This document shows, piece by piece, positions 39,452 through 51,400 of a stretch of 64,000 nucleotides of DNA. Source of the DNA: Camelus ferus (Eukaryota); contig NC_045697.1 in assembly GCF_009834535.1 (NCBI RefSeq), positions 112,284,001-112,348,000 on the forward strand, given 5' to 3'. The notes under the pieces are model-generated. The model was not told the origin of the DNA, made no database searches, and was given only the letters and a program-made list of their open reading frames with translations. Position 1 is the first letter of the stretch, and each line of letters begins with the position of its first letter. Made by a program: the position numbers and the translations under genes.

Positions 39452-40247
39452 TTTCTTTTGTTCTTTCCTTCTTACTTTTTTAATGTGGCTAGGAGATTTA
39501 AAATAATATATTTGGCTTGCATTATATTTCTATTGGATTGTGCAGTATTATTTATTTTTATTTTTAATTGAAGTATAGTTGATTTACAGTGTTGTGTTAT
39601 TCTCAGGTGTACAGCATACTGATTCAGTTATACATATATATATATATATATTTTTCAGATTCTTTATCATTGTAGGTTTTACAAGATATTGATTATAGTT
39701 CCCTGTGTTAAATAGTAGGACCTTGTTGTTTATCTATTTGACATACAGTACTTAGTATCTGCAAATCCCAAACTCTTAATTTATCCCTCCTCCCATTTAC
39801 CCCTCTGGTAACCATTAGTTTGTTCTCTATGTCTGTGAGTCTCTTTCTGTTTTGTAAATAAGTTCATTTGTGCCATTTTTTTCAATTCTACATATAAGTG
39901 ATATCATATGATATTTGTCTTTCTCTGCTTGACTTATTTCACTTAGAATGATCATCTCTAGGTCCATCCTTGTTGCTACAAATGGCATTATTTCATTCTT
40001 TTTTATCCCTGAGTAGTATTATTTCATTCTTTTTTATCCCTGAGTAGTATTCCATTGCATATATACCATATCTTTATCTAGTCATTTGTTGCTGGACATT
40101 TAGGCTGTTTCCATGTCTTGGCTATTGTAAATAGTGCTGCTGTGAACACTGGGGTGCATGTATCTTTTCAAATTAGAGTTTTCTCCAGATACCTGCCCAG
40201 GAGTGGGATTGCTGGATCATTCAATAACTCTATTTTTAGTTTTTTAA
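39452..40247 (-). mobile_element. 5'-truncated L1 with probable 3'-transduced MER33 fragment, inserted in L2
   Basis: L1 at 39546-40247, MER33-like terminus at about 39464-39545, second T-rich tail at 39450-39463. TSD ggagagaagatcgtt (39437-39451) / ggagagaagatcctt (40248-40262). Confidence 0.85.
39987..40048. repeat. Perfect 31-bp tandem duplication within the L1
   Basis: attatttcattcttttttatccctgagtagt twice (39987-40017, 40018-40048). Single copy in the other L1s of this window. Confidence 0.95.
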
Positions 40248-40262
40248 GGAGAGAAGATCCTT

Positions 40263-41400
40263 CTTGTCTGGAAGAGGAGCTTCTGCAGGGCCCTGCAGTG
40301 GGAGGAAACAAGGTCTATATAAAGAACTGAGGAAAGATCTAATGTGGCCTGGATACTGAAAGCCAGTAGAAAGGGCATTAAAAAGAGGCCTGAAAGAGAG
40401 AAGCCTCCTGCGTTCTACAGGGCATTATATTAAGTCAGTGCAATGTGAGGCCAAAGAAGTGCTTTACAGGGGTGATATGATGGGATTTAAATTGATCTCT
40501 TCACTTAACTAGTATTCATGGAGTAGCTACTGTTTGTCAGACTTTAAGCACAGGAATACAGCAGGGGCTAAAACAGACAAAAAGGCAATTGTCCTCATAC
40601 ATCTTACAATGCAATGCAGTGTTTAGTAGGACAGAGAAATCCTCACAGAGGAAGTGACAGTTAAGCAAGAATCTGAAGAGAATGAGATTCAGATAAGGGA
40701 ATGAATGATACAGCAACTCTGGGAATACACGTTGACCAGACGGAGCCTTTGCAGCTGTCCTGACCCTGGACTCTGCAGCTCAGATGGACTCTGTCCCTCC
40801 TGCCTATTTGTTCTCTCTCTCCAAATACATGTGCGTTTTTAGTGTGTACATCCATGCATGCACATATATGTGTGTGTGTGCACATGTCATGTACACTAAT
40901 TTAAGCAATGGACGTGAAGAGAATAGGCTACAGAGATAATACAGAGTGAGGAGGGAGACAGATCACCACAAGACTTTTATGACTGGATGGAGAAAGCTGG
41001 AGTGGCTCTGAAGATGGGAGTAAAAAGCCACCAGTGTGTTGTGTGAAGTCAGGGAAGAAGGAAGGTGGTGGTTGCATCATTCAATGCTGCTGACAGGGAA
41101 GGATAAGAACCTCAGCGTATTTTGGGTTTAGTGACTTCAGGGTTACTAAATCCTGTTTGGATGGAGTAATGGAAGCCAAATCCATTAGAATCAAACAAAC
41201 AAGAAATGGAAAGTGTGAAAATAGCTACAGTTTGGAAATTTTTCAAAAATAAGTAAAGAAGAAGAAAATAACTTAGTACCTGAAAGACACTATTGAATTG
41301 AAGAAGTTTTTGTTTGTTTTTAATGGGAAAGAGTGTATTACATTTATTATGTAAGTTGATGAGATTCAATTAAGTTGGAGACGTTGAATATACAAATGAA
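40263..41400 (-). mobile_element. Degenerate L2 fragments
   Basis: L2-antisense motifs such as 'agggccctgcagtgggagg', 'tattcatggagtagctactgtttgtcagac' and 'tcaatgctgctgacagggaaggataagaac'. Confidence 0.55.
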
Positions 41401-43411
41401 AGGAGGAAACATTCATAATAGTGTAATGGGTAACTCGAACCTAGCAAATATTGTAGGCTTTTGTGGAAGCAGGAGTCTAAAGGCAATGTCTCTCCAGTAA
41501 TCATCACAAAATCATCACAGTAATCAATTCATTTATTCTTATCACTTAAATGTATGTTTCCAGTATCAACTAATCTCTATTTAACTAATGATGTTACTTT
41601 TTAAGGAAAAGGGAAAAATGCCTTTATCTTTCTCTTGGTTGAGTATTTGACTTAATGATTTACTGCCTCAATCTTTCTTCACCAAAGATAAATGAAATCT
41701 CCGTATTACATGCTTTTACAATGCATGACAGTGTATACAGAGCTAAATTGAAGCCACCAATATTAAGTCCTTGAGTGGATCTTAATAAACCATTAATCTC
41801 TTTCTCACTTCTGTGTTATTTATCAACTTTGTATCAAGGGACAAGGAAAAATTATCCAAACATTGTTTAGTACAATCATCATTAATAGTTAACACTTATC
41901 CAGAGTGGTTTTTAACCTTTTTGTCTCCCAAGGGCTATTCTAATATCAGAGTAGAATAAAAAACATCTGTAGTGACCCTTACCTCTTCCAGACTCTAGAT
42001 TTATCCCATCAATTAGCTCTCTCTCTACCACCGAGGAGGCGAACAGCTGGTTGTGGGAGTCTGCAGCCACAGTAGAACAGCAGCAGGAAAGGAACACAGC
42101 TTCCAGAACATTCCTTCCCAATTCCTGTTTTATCATTTAAAATATTTGACATGATTAGTGACCTGTCTTTCATTACTTTCCATGTCTTCTCTTGGAACTC
42201 TTTGTTGACATGCAGTTACAGTATTTCCATTAAGGACCAATAAGTCTCATCTTTTATCATATTTTTACAACTTTCAGAATAGTATCTGCTTTTAAAAATG
42301 GATTCTGAAGCATATGCTGCATGTCATGTGGAGTGTTAACAAATCCTGGCCCAATGATGACATTTCAAACCTAATCAGCACCACCATTCTTTACTTGCAC
42401 AAATAACCATGAATGAGAGGGGATTTGAGAATGGTCTTCTCACATCTAATATAACTTTCAAATTGATTTACCTTTTAATCATTTTTTCCCCCTGGCTGAT
42501 TCCTTATTAAGAGAAATAAACTATCCAGGATTCACTGAAGAATCAAATAGCCCCTTGTTAATCATTCAGGGAAATGTTGCAGGCTTAGGCAATATTCGAT
42601 GTAGATATTGAACCTACTTGCTCTAAGCAAACTTTGAAATACAGATAAGACCCTGTGAGTCAGCATCACGAGCTGAAAGGATGGTTAAACTGCCAAATCA
42701 AGAATTATGATTTTTTTACCCACTTGCTAACCAATGAGGAAAAGCTCTGGATAGAGTGGAACCTGAGTAAATAAGGCTTGTTTGTTTCAGCAGAAAATAA
42801 TTCACCATCTAGTTAGTTTTAGACTAGATAAATCTAGTTTTGTGATTTATTGCCTAAGTCATTTTCTTCTTCACTGCAAAGCCTCATGTTAAAAGAACTG
42901 ACTTTGGAGGGTTGGTGGCCTTTGGTAAATTACCTGTAATTCTGGCAGTTTGAGCTGAGTACTGATTTCTCTATTCCTCTTTTAAGAACATTTTTATTTG
43001 TTTATTACTTTAAAAAAAAAAAAACCTTTGGACTAGATCTAATTTGCCTGTTTTCCTCTTCTTATCATGGTGTTAGGGATTTGGCTCGCTTCTATGAATA
43101 AGTTGGAACATCTTCAGAAATTGTGTGATTGAAAATACCACCAACGGAGTTTCATTAAATTTCAGTTCCTGTGACTAGTGAAACATATATCTGTCTCACT
43201 GAGATTATTCTACTGTAGTTAAGTTATAATAACAGCTCTGTTTATGATCAATAACTGGAATATTTGCTAAGGTTTTGTACATGTTGGAAGTTAATTTTCT
43301 TAGGAGGCCATATTCTCTCTTTTAGCTGAACAGATGAATTGTATGTCTCAGCATAGATGGTTCACCACTTTCTAGTTGTTCTGTAATAGGAATTCTAGAA
43401 AAACAGTAACT

Positions 43412-44985
43412 TGAGGTGGGATCAAGATGGCAGAGTAGGAAGACCCTGGGCTTGCCTCTTCCCACGAACATGCCAAAATACCAACTACATATGGAACAAC
43501 TCTTTCTGAGAACAAACTGAAATCTAGCAGAATGGATCATGTATAGTTAAGGATATAAAACAAAAGCCACACCCAGATGAGTGAGAGGGGAAGAGAAGTG
43601 AAGTAGTCAGTACCCACACCCCTGGCGGGCAACCCAGAAGCAGAAGGGAACGTCAGAAACTCAGAAGTCCTCCTTAAGGAGTGAGTAGTTTGAGTCCCAC
43701 ATTGGACACCCCAGCCCTGGGGGCCAGCCCCAGGAAGATGAGCCTCTTTCACTGGTTTTGAAGACCAGCAAGGCTTATAACTGAGAGAGCCTGGGGCTGT
43801 AGGAAATTGAGGCTCTGCTTTTAAAGGACATGTTGCAGAAACTTACTCACTCTCAGTCTCAATACAGAGGCAGCAGAATGAAAAGTGCCTGGTGCTCTAG
43901 CTGGGCTGCCAAGACCATCCCAGAACGTCTCTTAGCCTGCACAGGGCTCAGCTCCAATCCTCCCACCCCCTGCTAAGGTGGCAGCTCTGACGAGCCCCAG
44001 GAACAGCCCTAGCTTCTGCAACTCCAGCTCCACTCCCTGCGAAGGTGGTAGCTGCCAGTGTGCCCTGGGAGAAGCACAGACCTGTGTCAGGCCCCAGCTC
44101 CATCCGCCATTACCTGTTCCAAGCTCACCCTCACCGAGGTAGTGGACCAGCACGTCCCAGAAAAAGCCAGCCTGCATTCACTTCAGATCCAGCTCTCCCA
44201 CCAAAGCCAGTGGGTACATACAGACTGCATAGAGACACTCCTATATAAGGACACGCTTTCAAGAATGGGCTAGGTAACTGTTTTACATAATTTCATAGAG
44301 ACAGAAAAAGAGATAGTCAAACAAAATGAGAAGACAGCCACCAAATATGTTCCAAACAAAAGAACAAAATAAAACCTCAGAAACAAACAGAGAAACTTAA
44401 GGAAATGGAGATTAGTAATTTACCTAATAAAGAGTTCGAAGCAATGATCATAAAAATGCTTAGTAAACCAGGGAAAGGAATAGGGGAACACAGTGAGGAC
44501 CTCAACAAAGAATTAGAAAATATTAAAAAAAAAAAAAAGAACCAATTTAAAGCAGGATAATGCAATAACTGAAATGAAAAATACACTAGAAGAAATCAAT
44601 AGCAGATTAGGTGATACAGAAGAATGCATAAATGATGTGGAAGGGAAAATCACTCCATCAGAACAGCAAAAAACAAAAAAAATGAGGCTAGTTTAAGAGA
44701 CTTCTGGGATAAGATCAAGGGTACTAACATTTGCCTTATAGAGGCCCCAGAAGAAGAGAGAGAAGATAAGAAAATGTATTTGATGAAACAGTGCGTGAAT
44801 CTTATCTACACTAGAGCTCTGGCTCCAACCCCACCACCAAGGCAGTGGCCCCAAGCGTGCAGTGCAAGAGGCCTCAGCTCCCTGCTGGGCCCCGCCTCTA
44901 GCCAGACCAGCTCCCACCCACCTCCACCGAGGCAGCAGTTTCCACCATCCCCAGGAGAAGCCCTGGCCTGTGCTGGCTCAGTGAA
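43412..44985 (+). mobile_element. L1 5' UTR plus ORF1 N-terminal half (3'-truncated), followed by extra 5'-UTR-like GC-rich repeats
   Basis: Starts 'gaggtgggatcaagatggcagagtaggaagaccctg'. ORF1-like 'atgttccaaacaaaagaacaaaataaaacctcag...gagattagtaatttacctaataaagagttc' is homologous to the ORF1 at 22118-22315. No ORF2 follows. Confidence 0.85.
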
Positions 44986-45039
44986 ATTCATGGATTTAAT
45001 ACTGCCGCTTGTTAACATAGGTCTCAAAACTTGTTTTTA

Positions 45040-45480
45040 AAGTTTTTACTACTACTTTTATCTCTTTAGAAGTAATTTGACTATTTGGTTCTTTTGTCTT
45101 CCGTATACATTTTAAAATCATTTTGTTGAGTTTTAAGAAGAATTCTAGTAAGATTTTGATAGGAATTTAATTTGGGGTAAATTTTGAAAAACTTGATATT
45201 GCTATCACTTTTAGTGTTATATACACAAATATGGTATATCCTGTCTTTTTTCCTTGTTTGATAAGATTTTTTTTTAAAAAATTGGTGAGTCTTCAGTTGT
45301 ATCAAATGCTTTTTCTGCCTTTTCTGGTTTTATTGTGGTAGTTATATGATTGGCCCCTTTAGTTAATTGATGTAATGAATTACATTTATGGATTTTTATA
45401 ACTATTGGAAAAACCTTAAATTTCTGGGATAAACGCAACGTGATATTTATTATGTCTATTATGTTATAGATACTTTCGGA
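45040..45480 (-). mobile_element. Ancient L1M ORF2 fragment
   Basis: 'tatcaaatgcttttctgcc...agttaattgatgtaatgaattacatt'. The minus-strand ORF includes 'AEKAFD', the RT DAEKAFD motif. Confidence 0.65.
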
Positions 45481-46095
45481 ATAGACTAGAGAACCAAACA
45501 GGCAGAAAGACGTGTCACTATGGAAGTTACATTCCAGAATTTGCAGACAGACAATAAACAAATAGACATGTATATTTATAGTTCATGAAGGATGATAAGT
45601 AAAATGGAAAATACTAAAGCAGGAGAGATATTGGAAGTGTAAGACTGTAATTTAAATAGGATGGTCAGGAAGGCTTCCCAGAGAACAGACGTCTGAGAAT
45701 AGATTTGAAGGACATGAGAAATCAACTACTATGTTTATCTGGGAGAGATATCTTCCAGGCAGAAGCAGTTATAAAGGCAAACACCCTGAAGTAGGAGCAT
45801 CTTGCAGTTTTTCTTGAAGCAGCAAGGAGGCCAGAATGACAGTGGCAGAATCAGCCAACGGAGAGATTAGAAGATTAGGTCAGACAATAGTTGGATACCA
45901 GTTAGGGGTCGTTTCTCAGGCCAATGAAAGGATTTTACTTTTACTATAAATACTGTGAGAAACCATGAGAGATTTGGGGGCAAGAGAAGTGGAACAATCT
46001 GTTACATGTTTTCATTGAACACTCTAGCTGTGTATTAAGAATCAGTTGTAGGGATTCAGAGCAGAAGCAGAGGGACCATTTAGGAAGCTACTGCA
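45480..46095 (-). mobile_element. L2 fragment
   Basis: 'tttaaataggatggtcaggaaggcttccc...gaagcagcaaggaggccagaatgacagtggcagaa...gaagcagagggaccatttaggaagctactgca'. Confidence 0.7.
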
Positions 46096-46179
46096 AAAAA
46101 ATAAAATAAAATGAAATAAAATCATGAGAAGACCAGATCACCAAAAAAAATAAAAAAATAAATAAATAAAATAAAAATA

Positions 46180-46495
46180 ACAGGCCCAAACTGAAGTACG
46201 GAGAAATAGAAAATCTGAATCTTACCTTCTCATCTTGAATCAGTAGGTTAAAACTCCCCATCTCCAACTAAAAAAGAAAAACTAAAACTGAAACAGCTCA
46301 GACAATTTCACTGAAGAGTTCTAGCCTGTAAAGAGTAGTTAATTTTACCCTCATAGAAATTCTTCCAGAGGCCAGATAATGGGGCACACTCTCCACTAAT
46401 TTTATGATAGTAGTATAATCTGCCCATTAAAGTTAGATAAAAATAGTACCAGAAAAGAAAATAAAAGGCATATCCCTTTCAAGAAATAAAACCCC
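46180..46495 (+). mobile_element. Ancient L1M ORF2 fragment
   Basis: 'gaaatagaaaatctgaat...cagctcagacaatttcactgaagagttcta...aaattcttccagagg...cacactctccactaattttatga'. Confidence 0.55.
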
Positions 46496-46759
46496 CAAGT
46501 CATTAGAAAATGGTAATGAATAAGAAAGCTTGGACATTATTAAAGACTTTGCAAACTTGAGAGAAATTCTAACCTTCCCTGCACTATCACCACCAACCTT
46601 TTCTTCAAATAAATGGCAAATCTTTCTAGCAAGTTACTGAGGTTTCTACTGCCTGTTTCATCAAATAACATTCAGAATTAACCCACTTCACATCACCTCC
46701 ACTATATAATCATTCTAGTTCAAACAGTTCTATTATTTTCATTTTTAAAAGTTTGTGTA

Positions 46760-46942
46760 TTATAGTAACCTATAATGAAAAAGAATCTGAGAAGGAATGT
46801 ACATATGTGTATGTATGACTGAGACATGATGCTGTGCACCAGAAATTGACAAAATACTGTAAGCTGAATATACTTCAATAAACTGAATTCATGATCCAAA
46901 AATACATATTCAAATACAAAAAATAATTTTTAAAATGTGAAA
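46760..46942 (+). mobile_element. Short L1 3' end
   Basis: 'gtaacctataatgaaaaagaatctgagaagg...tatacttcaataaa' plus an A-rich extension. Candidate TSD aaaagtttgtgta (46747-46759) / aaaggtttctgta (46943-46955). Confidence 0.8.
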
Positions 46943-46999
46943 AAAGGTTTCTGTAGTTCTTTCTCATATCTTTCTGGGCAATTTTTTTTTGTATTCTAA

Positions 47000-47435
47000 T
47001 AGTACTCAGAGTTTGATCAGGAAAACAGAAACCATGCTACATATTCCAGTAATAATGGCTTCATATTAATTAGGGGCTGATACTATTGGAAGAGCTGGGA
47101 GGCAGTGAAGACATCAGGAAAGCAGCTAGAGAAGATTAGAGTAGCTCTGTTTTATATCAGAGATTTCAGTCTGAAAGACCAGAGAGTGGGTCCAAAATCC
47201 AGAGCTTATGGAATTTCTAGCATCTGTAAATCCTAGCTAGACTGACAGTGGGGGCTCATGAAGTGGTCTGCAAGCCGTCACATCCACCCAGCCTGCCATG
47301 GCTAATCCCAAACATCCTGAATATGAATTCCTCCTCTTCACTTTCCCTCCCAACTTTCATGAGAGTCTTCATTAGCAAACTCAAATCTGCAAGGATGTAC
47401 ATGGAAGGAGACTTTGGTCAACACAGTTCCCAGAA
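47000..47435 (-). mobile_element. Old ERVL-class LTR (LTR40/LTR41-like)
   Basis: 'tcagagtttgatcaggaaaacagaaaccatgcta...cattagcaaactcaaatctg...ggaaggagactttggtcaacacagttccca'. Family from recall only. Confidence 0.45.
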
Positions 47436-47638
47436 TTAAACAAGAGCGGAGATGGTGCAGTGACTGTTCAACATGGTTTTCTTGTCCTTTACTCATAATT
47501 TTGATTCCTTTTTTAAAAAATTTCAACCACATGAACATATTATTTTATAATCTATATCCAATAATACAGACATTTGCAGTCTTTTCAGGTTTGAGTCCAC
47601 TGCTTATGTTTCTGCTAACTCTTACTGCCTTGTATTAA

Positions 47639-48151
47639 TGTTACTGAGGCCAAGCTCATACTCCTTGCAGCATGACAAGCAAGTAAATTGAAAGATGAGT
47701 TGTTGGGGCAAGGAATAGCAACTTTATTTGGAAAGCCAGCAGACCAAGAAGATGGTGGACTAGTGTCCCAAAGAGCCATCTTCCCCAAGTTAGCATTCAG
47801 GCTTCTTTTTCTGAAAGGGGAGGGGGTGTGGTTGGTTGGTGCAAACTTCTTGGTACAGGAATCCTTTGTTGTTGCAGCTGTCCATGTAAGTCTGGTCACA
47901 AAGTTCCTATAAATCTCAAACAAGATAGATGCTATTTTCCATTTGGCAACATTTTATCTCTATATGAATGGAAAAGTGTTATACCTTTAAAAGTCAAACC
48001 TTTGGTAATGGGTTGTCCTGTATATTTCAGGCTCTAGACAACATTCTTTTACAAAAGGCACAGAACCAGCCTGACTGAGCACAGACAGCAGAGCACAGGG
48101 TTAGAGCTAAAGGACCAATCTAATATGGAGTCAGGTTTGTTCTCTGTTACA
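47639..48151 (-). mobile_element. ERV1-class solo LTR (copy 2)
   Basis: TG...CA ends with a perfect 4-bp TSD TTAA (47635-47638 / 48152-48155). AATAAA on the minus strand. Homologous to 32281-32816. Confidence 0.9.
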
Positions 48152-48305
48152 TTAACATGTATTTTATGATTTTTGTCTTAGAGAATCATGGTCTTTGAGA
48201 TGTTATATATAGGTTTCTTGGAGACCTGGTTCAATGTGGGCATTCATCCAGAGAGAATTTATTTCTAACAGACACTTGGATGATTACCAACCTGAGACCT
48301 CTTTG

Positions 48306-48580
48306 TTTTTTTAATTGAAGTATAGTCAGTTGCAATGTGTCAGTTTCTGGTGTACAGCACAATGTCCCAGTCATGCATATACATACATATGTATATTCAT
48401 TTTCATATTTTTTCATTAAAATTTATTATAAGATATTGTATATAGTTCCCTGTGCTATACAGAAGAAACTTGTTTTTTTTTAAATCTATTTTTATATATA
48501 GTGGCTGATGTGCAAATCTCAAACTGATAAATTCATCCCTTCCCACGCCCTTTCCCTGATAACCATGATTGTTTACTATG
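48306..48580 (-). mobile_element. 5'-truncated L1 3' end with perfect TSD
   Basis: 14-bp TSD ctgagacctctttg (48292-48305 / 48581-48594). Confidence 0.93.
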
Positions 48581-48879
48581 CTGAGACCTCTTTGAAATGA
48601 AGTCTCAACTTGCAGATTTGGGCAAGGTACACGTAGTGTGAGTTCAGGCTGAAACCTGTTTGAGAACTGAATTCTGGTTAGAAATGCACAGGACCATTTA
48701 TCCTTCCACAGATAGCTTAGACCACAGGAAAACTTCCTACTGGCTCTCTTGCAGAGTTTATTTTTTATTTCTACTTCACACTTTCACTGAGTGCTTATGT
48801 GAGGATCTCAAAACCAGTTCTGTGCTTTGCATGAACCCTGGCTTTGTCCCTCCTGCCCCCGCCTCCTGTATCCCATGTG

Positions 48880-49275
48880 ACTCAGGTGACAGCTATTGCT
48901 GCTGTCATCTTGAAGTTTGACTGGGGATGGTTCCTCTTCCAAGTTCACTCTTGCAATGCTTGGTTAGATTTAGTTCCTCTCAAGTTGTTGGACAGAGGTA
49001 GTCTTATTCCTTGCCACGTGGACCTTTCCATTGGGCAGCTCACAAGGGAGCAGCTGACTTCATCCAAGTGAGTCACCAAGAGGGAGGAAGTGGGGGAGGA
49101 AGGGAAATCACAATATTTTATAACCTAATTTTGGAAGTGACATCTCATTACTTTTGTTATATTCTACTCAATAAAAGTAAGTCACCAGGTCCAGGCCACA
49201 CTCAGGAGGAAGGGACTACGTAAGGGCATGAGTACCAGGAGATAGAGATCATTGGGAGATAGTTTAGAAGCAGCA
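48880..49275 (-). mobile_element. MaLR LTR (MLT1F/G-like)
   Basis: 'ccttgccacgtggacctttccattgggcagctcacaa...ttttataacctaattttggaagtgacatctcattacttttg...aagggcatgagtaccaggaga'. Confidence 0.75.
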
Positions 49276-50219
49276 ATGACATCTTACCCAGAATATATCT
49301 TACTCAGATCTCATTCATGATCTTTTGTGGTCACTCTTAACAGGAAATTACTCTCCTACATCTCCTGTCTCTCAAATTTTCTCTAACTCTCAGCATAGAC
49401 CTCTGTGTTAGAGATCTGTGTCTGTCTTGATTTTTCATGAATATTGCACTGTAATATTCACATCATTTCATCCCACCAAACCTTACAGCTCATTCAATAT
49501 TGAACATACATGTGGCTCTGAATGAATATTTCTTAAATTGCTGAATTGAATTAGTATCGTACCTCCTTTATTTCTCAGCTAACAGGAAGAAGAACTGATC
49601 ATGTCTTTATGATAGTGACTTGTTCTATTGAAAAGTTTCTTTTGTCCATTTTATTATTTTAGACTCAAATACAAATATTTAAGGCTAAAATAAATTCTCA
49701 AGATTTTGTTTAAACAGTAGCCCTTGGTTTATATATCTAAGCCGTTTTCATATGCAAATTTCCTCTTGAAATGGACAGCCATTAGAAGAAGTTCATCAAT
49801 CCTCTTTTTCTTTTCTAAACTATAAAAATAAATATTTAATTTGCAAATATAAAAGAACTAACCAGAAAGTCAAAGGGTTGGGTGGGTTATGATACCAGCT
49901 GGTACCACATAACACAATACTGATAACATGGACCCAAGAACTCTGTGGGTTTGAATCTCAGAGGCAATACGTGAGCACTTACGTGTTTCAAGAATGGACC
50001 TAAGTAAGTGGTTTAAGGCTGTCATAGCTATTACAGTTCTTAGTTGGAAATGTCATTGGTTTCTGATTATAACAATATTAATGATAATAACCACAGCTGC
50101 TAGTTTTATTTTAATAGTGATTTATGGGTTTTCAATGCCGTTTCATTCATCTCATTTGATCCTTAGTAACAATTTGAGTTGGGCAAGATAGCAAATGCTA
50201 TGGTCCATGTTATCTCGTC

Positions 50220-50608
50220 TTTATTTATGTTTAATGTAGCAAGAACAAGTTAACATGAGATCTACCCTCTTAACAGATGTTTAAGTATGTAGTACAGTCT
50301 TGTTATCTGTAGGCAGAATGCAGTCCGGCAGATCTCTAGAACTTATTCATGTTGCTTAACTGAAATTTTTAAAGCATTGATTAGTAATGTCCCCTAAGAC
50401 CCCCTTTCCCCTTCTCTCCTGGAACCAGCACTCCAGTCTCTGTTTCTGTGAGCTTGACTATTTTAGATCCCTCATGTAAGTGGAATCATGCAGGAATTGT
50501 CCTTCTGTGACTGGCTCGTTTCACTTAGCATAGTGTCCTCAAATTTTATATATGGTGTCACATATGGCAGGATCTCCTTCCTGTTTGAGGCTGAATACTA
50601 TTCCATTG
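50220..50608 (-). mobile_element. Old L1 3' end (L1MA9/10-like) inserted in a MIR
   Basis: 'ttaacatgagatctaccctcttaaca...cagatctctagaacttattcat'. MIR-like sequence at about 50110-50215 and 50610-50730 flanks it. Confidence 0.75.
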
Positions 50609-50749
50609 AGGGGTCTGAAGTTATGAGAGGTTAAGAGACTTCATGGCCAAGTGTCCGGGGTAGACTGGATCAGATTTGTATCTTTCATGAATGACCCGTG
50701 TGATGAGAGTTTCATGACCCCTTTAGCACTCTGTTCTAAAAATGAGGCA

Positions 50750-51230
50750 TCCACTTACTTGACTTATTCATTCATTTCATGCTTGTTTGGCATTTACTGC
50801 ATATTTTAGGCACTGTGTTGACTATATGTAGGAGTGAACAGAACAGGGATGGTCCCTGCCTTCACAGAAAAACAGTCTCTTGGCAGAAACAGAAGTTAAA
50901 CATGAAATCTTTTAATGGTTTTAAAATTATAAGTATGATGAGTATGACCACACTGGTGGCTCCCAGTTTAATTGGAGATGGGGAGGCAGTTATGGAAGGC
51001 TTCCTTGAGTCAGTGCCGTTTAAACTGAATTATGATCGATGATTAGTAATTTGCTAGGGAGAAACAGTCCAGGCAAGGAAGAGCAGGTATCAAGGCCTGA
51101 TGTGGGAAGAGTTTGTCTTGGTAGGTGTCTGAGGGGCTGGAGCAGAGTGAGGGTGGGGAATGTGCTATTAAATGAGGCAGGTTACAGACAATTGAGAGTC
51201 TAGGCAGGGACTGAAAGCATAATTCCATAA
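50750..51230 (-). mobile_element. L2 3' fragment
   Basis: 'ttattcattcatttcat...catttactgcatattttaggcactgtgttg...gatggtccctgccttcacaga'. Confidence 0.65.
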
Positions 51231-51400
51231 AATACATGTCTCCAACAAAATATATCTTTTAAAACTTAAACATGTACAGTGCTCATTTTTAACAAACATT
51301 AAGTGCCTAGTATTATCTTGCTACAGTCCTTAGCTACTTTGAATGAAACATATATTCTAAACTGGCAGAATTTCTTCCATAAAGAATCCAAAAAGGGTGA

